Assembly (NCBI GenBank): GCA_951406725.2
Contig: OX597822.1
Span: forward strand, 82,088,001-82,152,000
DNA length: 64,000 bases
Direction: 5' to 3'
From: Octopus vulgaris
Taxonomy: Eukaryota
Shown in pieces: positions 51,991 to 64,000 of the stretch. The notes under the pieces were generated by a model. That model saw nothing but the letters and a program-made list of their open reading frames with translations, ran no database searches and had not been told where the DNA came from. Positions within the stretch are counted from its first letter, which is position 1; each line of letters begins with the position of its first letter. Both the position numbers and the translations under genes were made by a program.

Positions 51991-54549
51991 TTATCATGAA
52001 TTTAAAGAACAATTCATCATCATTGTTTAACATCTGCTTTCCATGCTGACATGGGTTGGATAGTTTGACTGAGAACTAGTGAGCTGGGAAGCTGCACTTG
52101 ACACAAATATGATTTCTACAGGGTTTCTACAGCTGGATGCCCTTCTTAATGCCAACCACTCTGAGAGTGTAGTGGGTGCTTTTACATGCCACCAGCATGG
52201 ATGCCAGTTAGGCAGCACTGGCATTGGTCACACTCGAATGGTGTTTTTTACATGTTGCTGGCATGGGTGCCAGTCAGGCGGTTCTGGTATTGGCCATGCT
52301 TGGACGGTGCTTTTTATGTGCCACCAGCATGGTTGTCAGTCAGGCGACATTGGCATCAGTCACGCTTGGATGGTGCTTTTTATGTCACTGGTACAGGTGC
52401 CAGTCAAGTGACACTGGCATTGGCCATGACTACAATCTCACTTGGATGAGTTATAATTACACTATTTAGTTGTTATGTGTTACTGGTAACTTTTATTCTT
52501 TCAGGGTCAATAAATCAAGTGCCAGTTGATCACTGGGGTTGATATAATTGACCAGGCCCATCATCATCATCATCATTTAATGTCCGTTGTCCATACTGGT
52601 AGAGGTTGGATGGTTTGACTGGCCTGGCATATTGGAAGGCTGAACCGGACTTCAGTCTGATTTAGCATGGTATTCTATGGCTGATGCCTTTCCTAATGCC
52701 AACCACTCAGAGTATAAATGGGTGCTTTTACATGCCACCAGCATGGGTGCCATGTGTGTGATACCAGGGTGCCATGTGTGTGATACCGGGGTGCTTTTAC
52801 ATGCCACCAGCACGGGTGCCAGTTTGTGTGATTATTATTATTATTATCATTATTATCAAGGTGATGAACTCGCTGAATCATTAGTTCAAATAAGTACCAG
52901 TTGAGCAATTGGGTTGATATAATCGACTTGGCCCCTCCCCCAAAACTTGCTGGCTTTGTGCCAAAATTTGAAATATTATTATTATTATTATTAGTAGTAG
53001 TAGTAGTAGTGGAAGTGGTGGTGGTGGTGGTAGTAGTAGTAGCAACAGTCTAACTGTAAGATGACATTACCTGTAAGACACCTCCACCACTGACATCACC
53101 CTCGACACCAATACCAACAATGATGCCACCACTGCAGCCATTGCTGCTGCCATTACAGTTGTCACCTCTTCTGTCACCAATAACAATGACAAAGATAATG
53201 GTGGTTTTACAGTTTAACACCCAGGGCAGACCTGGACAAGCTGGCTTACGCTCAAAAGAATCCTTTTCGCAATTATAAGATACATTGAACAACATTATTC
53301 AGTGTCATTTTTATGTTTTTAAGACATCGCAGAGTGACCCAAGGGAAATTTGGCTACTCTTTCTAGCAGATTAAGCAACCATACAGTAGCACTCTCAATA
53401 GCTCACTTATGAGGATGCTGATAATAGTGATGTCAGTGAGAAATCTAGTCTGGAGACAGCAATCTTAATAAATGTCCAGTTGGAATTCGGTCAACATTCA
53501 CACCTGATTGACTACAGATACTGTTCGCTGCTTTTTTGGTGCCATTTCTAAGCACCATATCACACCATAAATCGCAGCTCACTTGGTGCCAGCACCACTA
53601 TCTTCTACACAGATATTTCTCTTAATTTTTTGAAATTTTCCTTCTAATTTTTTCATATTTTTTTTCCCAATTCTTCCAACATATTTTCATGTTAACTGCA
53701 AGAGTAATGCGCGCGCGTGTGTGTGTGTGTGTGTGTGTGTGAGTGATTAAGGAATAATGAATAATAAAGGAATAATGAATAATAAAGAATAGAAAGGAGA
53801 AATTTATCCCAATTAAGAAAAATAGAAAAATACAACAGAAATAAAGCAAGAAATAACACACAATCACTTAATTAGATCCTCCATCCTCATCTGACCATCA
53901 ACATTAATTGCAACTAATTAGCTTAATATTTGCATAGATAATCTGATATGATGTGTTTGTTTTTGCTTCATTTATGTATGGATTTATATATTTTTTATTT
54001 TCCTTTTTGTTTTTATATTGTTTGTTTTACTTATATTTATTTATTTATATTTCTTTATCTCTTTCTTTTATTTCTGTATTTTTCGTATTTCCATTTTTGA
54101 TGTTATCAGTAAAAAGAGGTGGATTAGCAGAATTGTAGAAGATAGGTTTCAATTCTGTAGGTTTGGAGTTCAAATCCTGTCAAAGTGGACTTTGCTTTTC
54201 ATCCTTTTGGGGGTCAGTAAAATAAAGAACTGATCAAGAACTGGTACTAATTTAATTGACAAAACCCCTCCCCTTAAAAACTGCTGGCTTTGTGCCTAAA
54301 TTAGAAACCATTATGGATATACTGTTTTTTTTCTTTTCACATTGTTATGTTTTCTATTGAAAGCAAGAGCAGCACCCAGGTTTATCAGTGGAAGGATCAA
54401 TCAGTACATTAGTGTAGGGCCCAGAGAGCCAATGAAGATCATACCAATATTTGTTGACCCTTTTCTAAAAATTTGGAAAGGCATTTTGGTAAATGTTTCT
54501 CAGATGCCCAAAGCAGCACTAATGATCTTTTATAAACCTTCAAGACTAG

Positions 54550-54872
54550 TATGGAGAGAGAGGGGGTAGGAAGAGAGAGAGGGAGAGGAGGGAGAAATAT
54601 GAGGGAGAGAGAGGAGAGAGGGAGAAATATGAGGAAGGGAGGGAGAAAGAGGAGAGAGGGAGAAATATGAGGAAGGGAAGAAGAGAGAGGAGAGAGGGAG
54701 AAATATGAGGGAGAGAGAGGGGGAGAGAGGGAGAAATATGAGGAAGGGAGGGAGAGAGAGGAGAGAGAGGGAGGGAAGGGAGAGAGAGGGAGATAGAAAG
54801 GAGAAGGGGAGGCAGAGGCAGAGAGGGAAGGGGAGGGAGGGAAGGAGAGAGAAAGAGAGAGAGAGAGGGGAG
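54550..54872. repeat. Polypurine minisatellite
   Basis: Recurrent GAGGGAGAAATATGAGG unit in a GA-rich tract. Confidence 0.9.
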
Positions 54873-55609
54873 TAAGAAACTCAGGTTTATGGACTGCACC
54901 AGAAGAAGCAATGCACTGATGTATTGTGTCATTTTCAGATTAGAGACCCTTATTTGAATGTTTGAAATGAAGCAGGCTCTTGTAAAAGTAGCCAAGGACC
55001 AAATAATGGTGTTAAACTAAATGACCAACAGATAGTCTTCAAGTTTCACAGTTCCCTACCAAATCTTATGCACCAGGTAGTGAAGGTGCATGGCCTAGCA
55101 ATTAAGGTGTTGCATTCATGAGTGAAAGATAACAGTTTTGATTACTAAATCAGGAAGTGCACTGTTCTTGGGCAATACACTTCATTTCACATTGCTCCAG
55201 TTCATTCAACTGTAAACAAGTAACCCTACAATGGACTGGCTTCCCAGTCAGGGGAAAACCAGATAAGTAGCCCTTTGAGTCCTAGAACTCAAGACAGTAA
55301 TGTCTAAAGGGCTTACTTGACTTTTTACATGCCAGGCTGGGATCATAACTTGAAGTCATGGTGGAGGACACATACCTAGGGTGGTACTCTGCAGTGAAAT
55401 AAAACCCCAAGATCAATGACTGCAGAGAAAACTACACAACTATACAAACATCCTGTGTTGTTTTGCCATTTTCAAAAGGTTTTGGGAAGTATTTGGTGGT
55501 CTGATTTAAATGTCATTTTAGGTTCATTAATGGAACTCATCTACTTAAGTAATGAGTTCCAGGAAAATCTCATCTTCAAACCAAACTTTGCCACCCTACC
55601 ATCACATGT

Positions 55610-55740
55610 AATTGCACACACTCACACACACATGCTTGCATGCACATTGCACACTCATATGTGTGCACACACACATTAATATATCTGTATGTTTGCAACT
55701 ATGTAAGTTAGTGCATATGACATGAACAGTGTGTGTGTAT

Positions 55741-55774
<34 letters not shown>

Positions 55775-56275
55775 ATGTTGTGTGCGTAAGTGTGTGAGTG
55801 TGCGTAAGTGTGTGTGCATAAGTGTGTGTGTGTATAAGTGTGTGCACACAATATATCTGTATGTTTGCAACTATGTAAGTTAGTGCGTATGACATCAACA
55901 GTGTGTGTGTGTGTAAGTGTGTGTATGTGTGTGTGTGTAAGTGTGTGTGTGTGTGTGTGTGTAAGAGTGTGTGTAAGTGTGTGTGTGTGTAAGTGTGCGT
56001 GTGTAAGTGTCTGTGCATAAGTGTGTGTGTGTGTAAGTGTATATAAGTGTGTGTGTGTGCATAAGTGTATGTGTGTACATAAGTGTGTGTGTGTGTGTGC
56101 ATAAGTGTGTGTGCATAAGTGTATGTGTATGCATAAGTGTGTGTGTATGCATAAGTGTGTGTGTGCATGTATGTGTGTATAAGTGTATGTGTGCATCTAT
56201 GTGTGTATAAGTGTGTGTATGCATATATGTGTATAAGTGTGTGTGTGTGTGTGTGTGTATGTGTGTGTTTGTGCA
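55610..56275. repeat. (GT)n/TAAGTG compound satellite with a ~60-bp internal duplication
   Basis: ATATCTGTATGTTTGCAACTATGTAAGTTAGTGC occurs at 55681 and 55853. Confidence 0.9.
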
Positions 56276-56679
56276 CTTTCATATTGTTCAGTTGGATGTT
56301 TGTCTAATTGCTATTGCCATTGTTGTTATCATCATCATCAACTGCAGATTCAGCGGCAGCAGTAGAAGCAGCACTATCACCACTACAACCACCACCACCG
56401 ATGCCACTGATGTTGTTGTCACCATCATTGTCATCATCATCATCATCAACACCATTAGCAGCATCACCACTGCCACCACCATCACCATTAAACTAAGGGT
56501 AAATTGTGATTTTTATCCATAACGATGAAATCATTAATGAGAACAGTAGCCTTATACCTAAGAATATCGTTGACCACTGGTTTGCAGAATGAAAGTTCCT
56601 GCTTTAAATCCATTTGATGATGAAGAAGATGACATCTGATAAAGATGATATTTGATGATGGAGATGATGTTCTGAAAGA

Positions 56680-58110
56680 TTGTAATCTTGTTTAATAGTC
56701 TCAACTCAGACATTAAAACTAATGAGCTTTACTGAGAGGCACCAAGTTGAATCTCAATGTCACTATGGGGAGCCTTGATGGAGAAGAGGTAGTAGGTCTG
56801 GTTGACCTTTACATCCTACATATCCTTACGGGGTTGTATAGGGATGATGGTTTAGGAGTGGTGCATAATTAGACTGGCCATGACAAAGATAAAATATATG
56901 AAAAATTATGCAAGATATTTTATTCAACTTAATTTAAAAATCACAGTTAGGATTAACCTTAAAAAGATCAGTTTTATAGATATTAATATGAATCTTAGCA
57001 CAGTTAAATATAATCCATTTCACAAACCTAATGAGGATCCTAACCCTAACCCTTACATCAATAGAGGTTCTAATTATTCACTATATACAGTTAAACAATT
57101 GGTTAATAGCATGAGTAGGCATGTCTCCAATATATCATCTGATGGCACAGCTGTCAAAAGAGTTGCCTCATATTACAACACCATATTAGAAATAACTAAC
57201 TTTAAGAACTATATAAAACCTATATCAAACCAGATTTAGGCCAAAAAGATGAAGACATAGGAAAATCATGTGATATAACCACCCACACAGCTTGAAAGTG
57301 GTTGAAAACATAACTTGGCAATTATTGATACTTATAAACACGCATTTTTCACACTCACATCGATGCTAAAAGATTTTTAATAGAAATACTATTAATGCTG
57401 TAGTTACATCTACAATATAGGCCTGATGATCTTTAACTACAGTAAGAACAATATTATTAGGAGTACCCTCCACAGAGATCTAGTAACTGTACATTGTCTA
57501 ATAGCTGTCTTCTGAACAGAAAGTGTCAGGAAAAAAGAACTAGTTTACAAAGACAATATCATAGATATAGACAGAACCATAAATATGACATTGGAATGAT
57601 GCCTTGAAGGAAAGATACATGCAATACTTGACTTTGTTTAGAGAAAAGAATAAAGATATGCAACATCTTTGTCTAAAATGGTATGGAACTGAAAAGATAG
57701 ATGTGTGGACCCTCAAATAAACTGAAGTATCATAGTCAAGGTCGGCATATATAAGACATAAAGCAGAAATGCAATCTCTTTATTACAGACAAACTAAATA
57801 TCAAAAACTTCAACAGCTAGCATCTTGAACATTAAGGAAGAAACTTTCTCTCCTTGCTTACAAAAACAATAATACCAAATGAAAAATTTCAAGCATGTCT
57901 CTTTGTGGACCTCATCGCCTATCCAACCATGATATGTTGTAGTGTAAACCAGTGATGGAAAATAAATTTTAGGTTAGTTCAATTATACTTGAGACATAAT
58001 TCAACTTCTAAAGGCAGTTTCACAGTTTAGTGTGGAGAAAAAATTCTTGCTTTAGATAACTGAAGATGGCTAAGAAACCAGAAATACATCCTAACAGTGT
58101 ACAAAGGGAA
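56680..58110 (+). mobile_element. Penelope-like element fossil, Naiad-type (RT, Cys motif, GIY-YIG, hammerhead remnant)
   Basis: MGSLDGEEVVGLVDLYILH..GLYRDDGL (56765-56857), IM*YNHPHS, KIFNRNTI, SNCTLSNSCLLNRKC, LVYK, LSKMVW and KCNL; CTGAAGA-TGG..CCA-GAAA at 58060-58084. Confidence 0.85.
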
Positions 58111-58284
58111 ATTTCAGCTGATAATGGTGTTCTTACACCTTTTTATTTAAAGTGGGAATTTTCTCATCATGATTAACCTGCAGGGAAATTGCCTTTTGAT
58201 GTTGAAATACATCACAAACATATTTGAACCAACCTATTGCTTGTCTATTTCCCAACAGCTTCATACTACTACTTATGCATTTAC

Positions 58285-58349
<65 letters not shown>

Positions 58350-59402
58350 ATGTGTGTGCCTGTGTGCTGTAGGTGTGTTTAAGAAGCTTGCTTCATTCCT
58401 TTCAATCATGTGGTCTTGGGTTCAGTCCCACTGCTCAACACCTTGGGCAAGTGTCTTCTACTACAATCCCACTCGGCCAGAGCCTTACAAGTGGATTTGG
58501 TGGATGGAAACTGAAGGAAGCCTCTCAGATATACCTTTGTTTAGACATCATGTGATGATTGTAAAAGAATATCATCATCATCAATGAAGTTGCTTGTTTC
58601 CTGTCTCTTGTATCATCAAAGATATTACCTGTCTTAGAAACTAGAAACATTTGCTTACAATCCTTTCACCTGATTCATGCATTTATAGAAAATACACACT
58701 AAATGATGATGATGGTGATGATAAGCACACACACACATATATATATATGTATGTATGTATTGATATGATAAGTGGAAATGCGTGGCTTAGTTGTCAGTGT
58801 GTTGCACTCATGATCACAAGATTGTGGTTTCGATTACTGGACTGAGTGATATATAGTGTATTCTGGGGCAAAACACTTCATTTCATGTTCCTCCAGTCCA
58901 CTCAGCTGGCAAAAATGAGGAATCCTACAATCGACTGGTGTCCTATCCAGAGGGGTCGATATATTTACACCACAGAATCCAAGGAACCAGCTTGATGAGT
59001 CCACAGCATAGAATGGACCTTTGATCCAATTTTATTTTTCAATGAACATAACAAATGTTGGCTGTTGTTATATTTTGATGTTTAATTTAGTCTTATCTGA
59101 CTTGTTTATCAATTTATTTATCCCATCATTGATTTAACATTTACTAGAATTATATTTGAGTCTTTGCACCAAACCATACATGCCCATATATATATATTAT
59201 TTGTAATTTGTATCTGTATATGTTTTTATTGATTATATACATATATACACACACATACATATTTATATATACATTTTTTATATATATACATACATATATA
59301 CATATATACATACATACATATATTTATATATACATACATATATTTATACATACATAAATCTATACATAAATCTATACATACATACATAAATTTATACATA
59401 CA

Positions 59403-60391
59403 CGCAGAGAGCCACGATCACAAGTTATGCAAATGATACAGAACCCTGAAGACGCTATGCACCTGCATAGTGAGTTGGATGAAATATACAAGTGGGGTGA
59501 GAAGAAAAGCGTGCAGTTTAATGTTGGAAAGTTTCAAGCCTTGTGCAATCAGCATGAAAAACTAATTGCAACACCAATTACATACACTGGACCTGGAGGG
59601 ATTGCAATCCCAGAGACACAGTCAGTGCAAGACCATGAGTAATGATGCATCCTCCCATGTGCATGTTGCTAAGTTGGCAATGAAATACAGGCGGCTGACC
59701 AGATGAATTCTTAGAACTTTTAGAACAAGAGATCAGGACACCATGATGATCCTCTGGAGGACACTTGTCCTAAGCCACTTTGACTATAGCTCCCAGCTAT
59801 GGTCACCAACTAGTGTAAAATTAATTGCAGACCTTGAGGCAATCCAACGAAGCTACATGAAGAAGATAGCCTCTTTGCAGCATATAAGCTACTAGGAAAG
59901 ACTCAATGGACTGAGACTCTATTCCCTAGCACATAGGCAGATAAGATGTGCCATACTCTACATCTGGAAGATCCTAGAAGGACTTGTCCCAAACTTTCGC
60001 ATCGAGAGTTGCATTAATGCTAGAACTGGGCGTCACTGCATAGTGGCAAAGACTACAAATTTGCCATCAAGATATAGGACAAGATATTGCAACAGCCTGG
60101 GCTTTCAAGGCCACAGCTCTTCAATATCCTCCCAAAGGACCTCAGAGACCTACATGGGGTGGATGCAGATGTTTTCAAAATGAAACTAGATCTCTTACTG
60201 TCAAGTGTCCCAGATGAACCAACTCCACAGCAGGAAGTGCAGATAAGGGCAGTGGCATCAAACTCCCTCATGCATCACACGTCAATTATTAAAAAGAATT
60301 AGGGAAGTAAAATGATGTAGCAACACCAAATGGTTGAGCCCCAGCATGGCCACAACTCATGAGCTGAAACTAGATCAAATCAAATCAAATC
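59403..60391 (+). mobile_element. CR1-clade LINE 3' portion with (AAATC)n tail
   Basis: SYANDT, LDEIYKW..VQFNVGKF, HFDYSSQLWSP and LDLLLSSVPDEP..ASNSL. Confidence 0.9.
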
Positions 60392-60795
60392 ATATATATA
60401 TATATACATACACATACATACGTATATTTATACACACACACATACTTACATTTATATATACATATACACACACACACATAAACACACATATATACATATA
60501 TACACACATATACATATATAGACAGACACTTATACATATATACACACACATTTATGTATACATATACACGCACATTTATATATACATATACACACACATT
60601 TATATATACATATACACGCACACATTTATATATACATATACACGCACATTTATATATACATATACACACATTTATATATACATATACACATTTATATATA
60701 TATACATACACACACATTTATATATACATATACGCACTCATAAATTTATACACATACGCACACACACACATATATATATGCATACATACATATGT
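60392..60795. repeat. (AT)/(AC) compound microsatellite
   Basis: Direct inspection; similar tracts at 34360-34590, 49139-49265, 59235-59400 and 61105-61340. Confidence 0.95.
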
Positions 60796-61103
60796 AAAAA
60801 ATCAATAGAAATTGGTGAGGACTTATGAAGGAAAGTAGTCAGCTTTTGGCTGCATTCTTTGATTACGGAAATTTAAATAGTTTCCAGATTACTCTATACC
60901 ATTCCATTTACAATGTTGAGAGGTTATTTGCTGAAAACTGGGTTGTTATAGGTCAGTGTAGGTAAGGATGGTACAATTGGTGGTCTTCATTTATTAGTAT
61001 TTTTAATTTATGTTTTTTTTTAAATTTTCATATTCTGAATTTTTCTTTACATGTTCAGGTGTTTGTTTTATTATTTTTTTCTATAAGTAAATTTTCAAAA
61101 AAG

Positions 61104-61138
<35 letters not shown>

Positions 61139-61260
61139 ACACACACACACATATATAAATACACTCACATGTATATATATACACTCACATGTATATATAT
61201 ATACATATATATATAAACACACACACACACATATAAATACACTCACATGTACATATATAC

Positions 61261-61297
<37 letters not shown>

Positions 61298-63432
61298 AAT
61301 ATATCTATGTATCTATATATGCATGTGTATATAAATGCATTTATATAGAGATGCAAACATAAATAACAAAGAGAGAGAGAAAGAGGGAGAGAGAAAGAGA
61401 GAGAGAGGCAATTAAGTATTTAGACCGGATTCCTGGAGAAAGTTGATTATTGATGGTTTCATATTCTGTAGATGTTTGTATGTCAGAGAGAGAGAAAGAG
61501 AGAGAGAGAGAGGAAGAGAGAGGTAAGAGAGAGGAATTGGTGAGCGGGGGATATGGTGGGATCAAAAGGAAAAGACCAAGGAAGTGGTGGCGATGGTCAT
61601 CTAACAATAGGCCAAACAATAGGCAAGATGATGACTTGGCAAAAACAGTGGAAGTACCAATTTCTTTAGAGGGAAATGATGGCCTCGATAATAGTAGCTA
61701 TGTTGTTGTTGTTGGTGGTGATGGTGGTGGTGGTGAAGACCATGATGAAGATGATGATGATGGAGATAATGATAATGAAGATGATGATGGTGATGATAAT
61801 AAAAATCCTGGCCATCACTTTTGAGTGTATATGATTTAGCAGCATATATGCTTCTTTCAGTTCTTATTGTTTTATGTGCCCATGCAGTCACAGGTAGACA
61901 TAGCCACCCTCTTATTCCCTCCAGCCCTTCATCCAGCTGTCACATCCCATCCAAGATGTGACAGCTGGAAGGTGTCGGATGCATCAAAATTCAGGTGGTA
62001 CTCATTTCAGTTAAGTAAAATGGACAAATGAGAAACGAGGTACCTTGCTGAAGGACACAATGTACCACCTGACTCAAGAATCGAACCCACAACTACATCT
62101 TCAAAAGTTTAACACGTGACCTACTGAGGTAATCATCATCATCGTTTAATGTCCATTTGCCATGGACATTAAGGTTGGATAGTTTAGTTTGGTTCCTACA
62201 GCAGGATGCCTTTCCTAATGCCAACCATTTTACAATGCTTTTAATGTGGCACCACCAGGATATATATATATATATATATACTGCTAATATAGGATGAAGT
62301 TTTTTTTACAGAAAAAAATTCCATAAAAAAATGTGGCAGCATATTAAAATACCTTTATGGTTAAAATTATAAACAACTTATAAATAAGGGCTAAAGAAAA
62401 CTATTTCAATGCCAATATGCTGATAACAGACTTTTAAATCGTTAATTTCTACATATTATTTACTTGCTACAGAAAAAAACACGAAGAACTGAAATCGGGG
62501 AAGCCAGCCGGTAGAATTTTTTTTAAAAGTTCGTTATTTCTATATTGAATCAAATGCTATATATAAGCACACACATGCCTATTCACACACACATAGGGGT
62601 GGAGTGACTTTAAAGTTTTAGCCTGCTAGTTCAAGGAAGGCAAGCAGGCCAAAACTTTCGAAGTCACTGCTGACCCTCGTCTTGTAAATGTCTGATAGAC
62701 ATGTACTCTACAAAGAATTGAGTAATCTTTTGGTTTAATGTTAAATTGTTTCTATTATAATTCAAAATAAAAACAAACATATATATATATATATATTCTT
62801 TTTCTTTTTACTTGTTTCAGTCATTTGACTGCAGCCACGGTGGAGCAGTGCCTTTAGTCAAGCAAATCAACCCCAAGACTTATTATTTCTAAGCCTAGTA
62901 CTTATTCTATCAGTCTCTTAGGCCGAACCGCTAAGTTACAGGGACGTAAACACACCAGTATTGGTTGTCAAGTAGTGGTTGGGGGACAAACACAGACACA
63001 CATACATATACGACGGGCTTCTTTCAGTTTCCATCTACCAAATCCACTCACAAGTCTTTGGTCGGCCCAAGGCTATAGTAGAAGACACTTGCTCAAGGTG
63101 CCACGCAGAGGGACTGAACCCGGAACCATGTGGTTGGGAAGCAAACATACCATACAGCCATTCCGGTGCTTTGTTGGCTCAAATTATTGGCTGCTTTGCC
63201 TTCAAGCATTTGAGCCGAGTGCTGAACAGTGATAGATCAGTAATTATTTACCAATCAACATATTGAAGATTGTAAAGATCTCAGACATTTAACTAAGAAT
63301 TCCAAACAGCTGACCTCAAATCAATTATCTCTGACCTCATCTATTTATCTGCTTTTTTATCATCGACATTGGAAACACGGAAAACATGTAATGCGGGCTT
63401 GTTTCTATTATTACCAACCATATTACTTACAC

Positions 63433-63464
<32 letters not shown>

Positions 63465-64000
63465 TTTCTCTCTCTTTCTTTCTTTCTCTCTCTTTCTTTC
63501 TTTCTCTCTCTCTCTTCCCCATTTCTCTCTTTTGTCTCCTTGTATTTATGGCCTTGCTTCAGGTGATTTGGGGGACTTCCAGCAAGGTTTTCCATCTCAT
63601 TATCTCCGCCCCCCCCCCACCTCTACCACCACCACATTCAATTACCATTTCTCTCTTCTTCTCCACTTCCTTCTTATTTTCTTTATATTCTTTCTCTGAA
63701 AACTAATTTTTTATCTTTCAATTGGCTGATTTGTCTGACAATATGTCTGTCTGTCTGTCTCTCCCTCTCTCTCATTATCCAGTTCTCTTGTTTCTATCAC
63801 TACCACCACTAAAACCATCATCACCACCACCTCCACCACCATCCTCACCATCATCATCACCATCATCATCATCATTGCCCCACTTGCTTGCTGCTGCTGC
63901 CACTTCCCACACTCTCTAGAAAGTAATGACTTACCAAACTATAGTTCATGAGTTCAAATCAAAACTGCAAACACTTGTTGTGTCTGTGCAAATGAAAGAT

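Noticed and set aside
52175-52440. CRISPR-like repeat-spacer periodicity (~66 bp)
   Set aside because: The spacers are homologous to each other, the context is eukaryotic LINE UTR, and there are no cas genes.
55602-56282. 226-aa His/Thr ORF and overlapping ORFs
   Set aside because: Stop-free translation of a (CA)n-type satellite.
57039-57053. (CCTAAC)n telomere-like repeat inside the Penelope element
   Set aside because: Only ~2.5 units; explained by a 6-bp in-frame slippage duplication.
57930-57965. SECIS candidate (ATGA..AAA..GA) in the PLE 3' region
   Set aside because: Spacing and pairing do not fit, and no TGA lies at a Cys position.

Overview
AT-rich, repeat-dense eukaryotic DNA. The SINE and LINE repertoire and dense (AT)/(GT)/(AAT)/(GAT) microsatellites point to a coleoid cephalopod, probably Octopus (inferred from repeat families, not a database hit). 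No intact long gene is present, and almost all ORF-track entries are microsatellite or TE artefacts. Retroelement content is decayed LINEs (RTE with a PHD-like finger, RTE-BovB, CR1, R4/Dong), a Naiad-type Penelope-like element and several modular tRNA-SINE families. DNA-transposon content is a hAT transposase fossil, piggyBac/hAT/pogo/mariner-like MITEs, a non-autonomous Helitron and two Helentron-type HINEs. The best lead is a head-to-head inverted element at ~19.04-19.52 kb that fuses a tRNA-derived Pol III head to a Penelope-type minimal hammerhead ribozyme; three more hammerhead motifs lie at 7.5, 43.7 and 58.1 kb. Other leads are a CpG-retaining, probably bidirectional promoter island (14.1-16.0 kb), a compact HSE-TATA module (21.8 kb), a covarying SINE/CR1 3' hairpin, and short candidate host exons. 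Boundaries are read by eye; family names need Repbase/Dfam confirmation.
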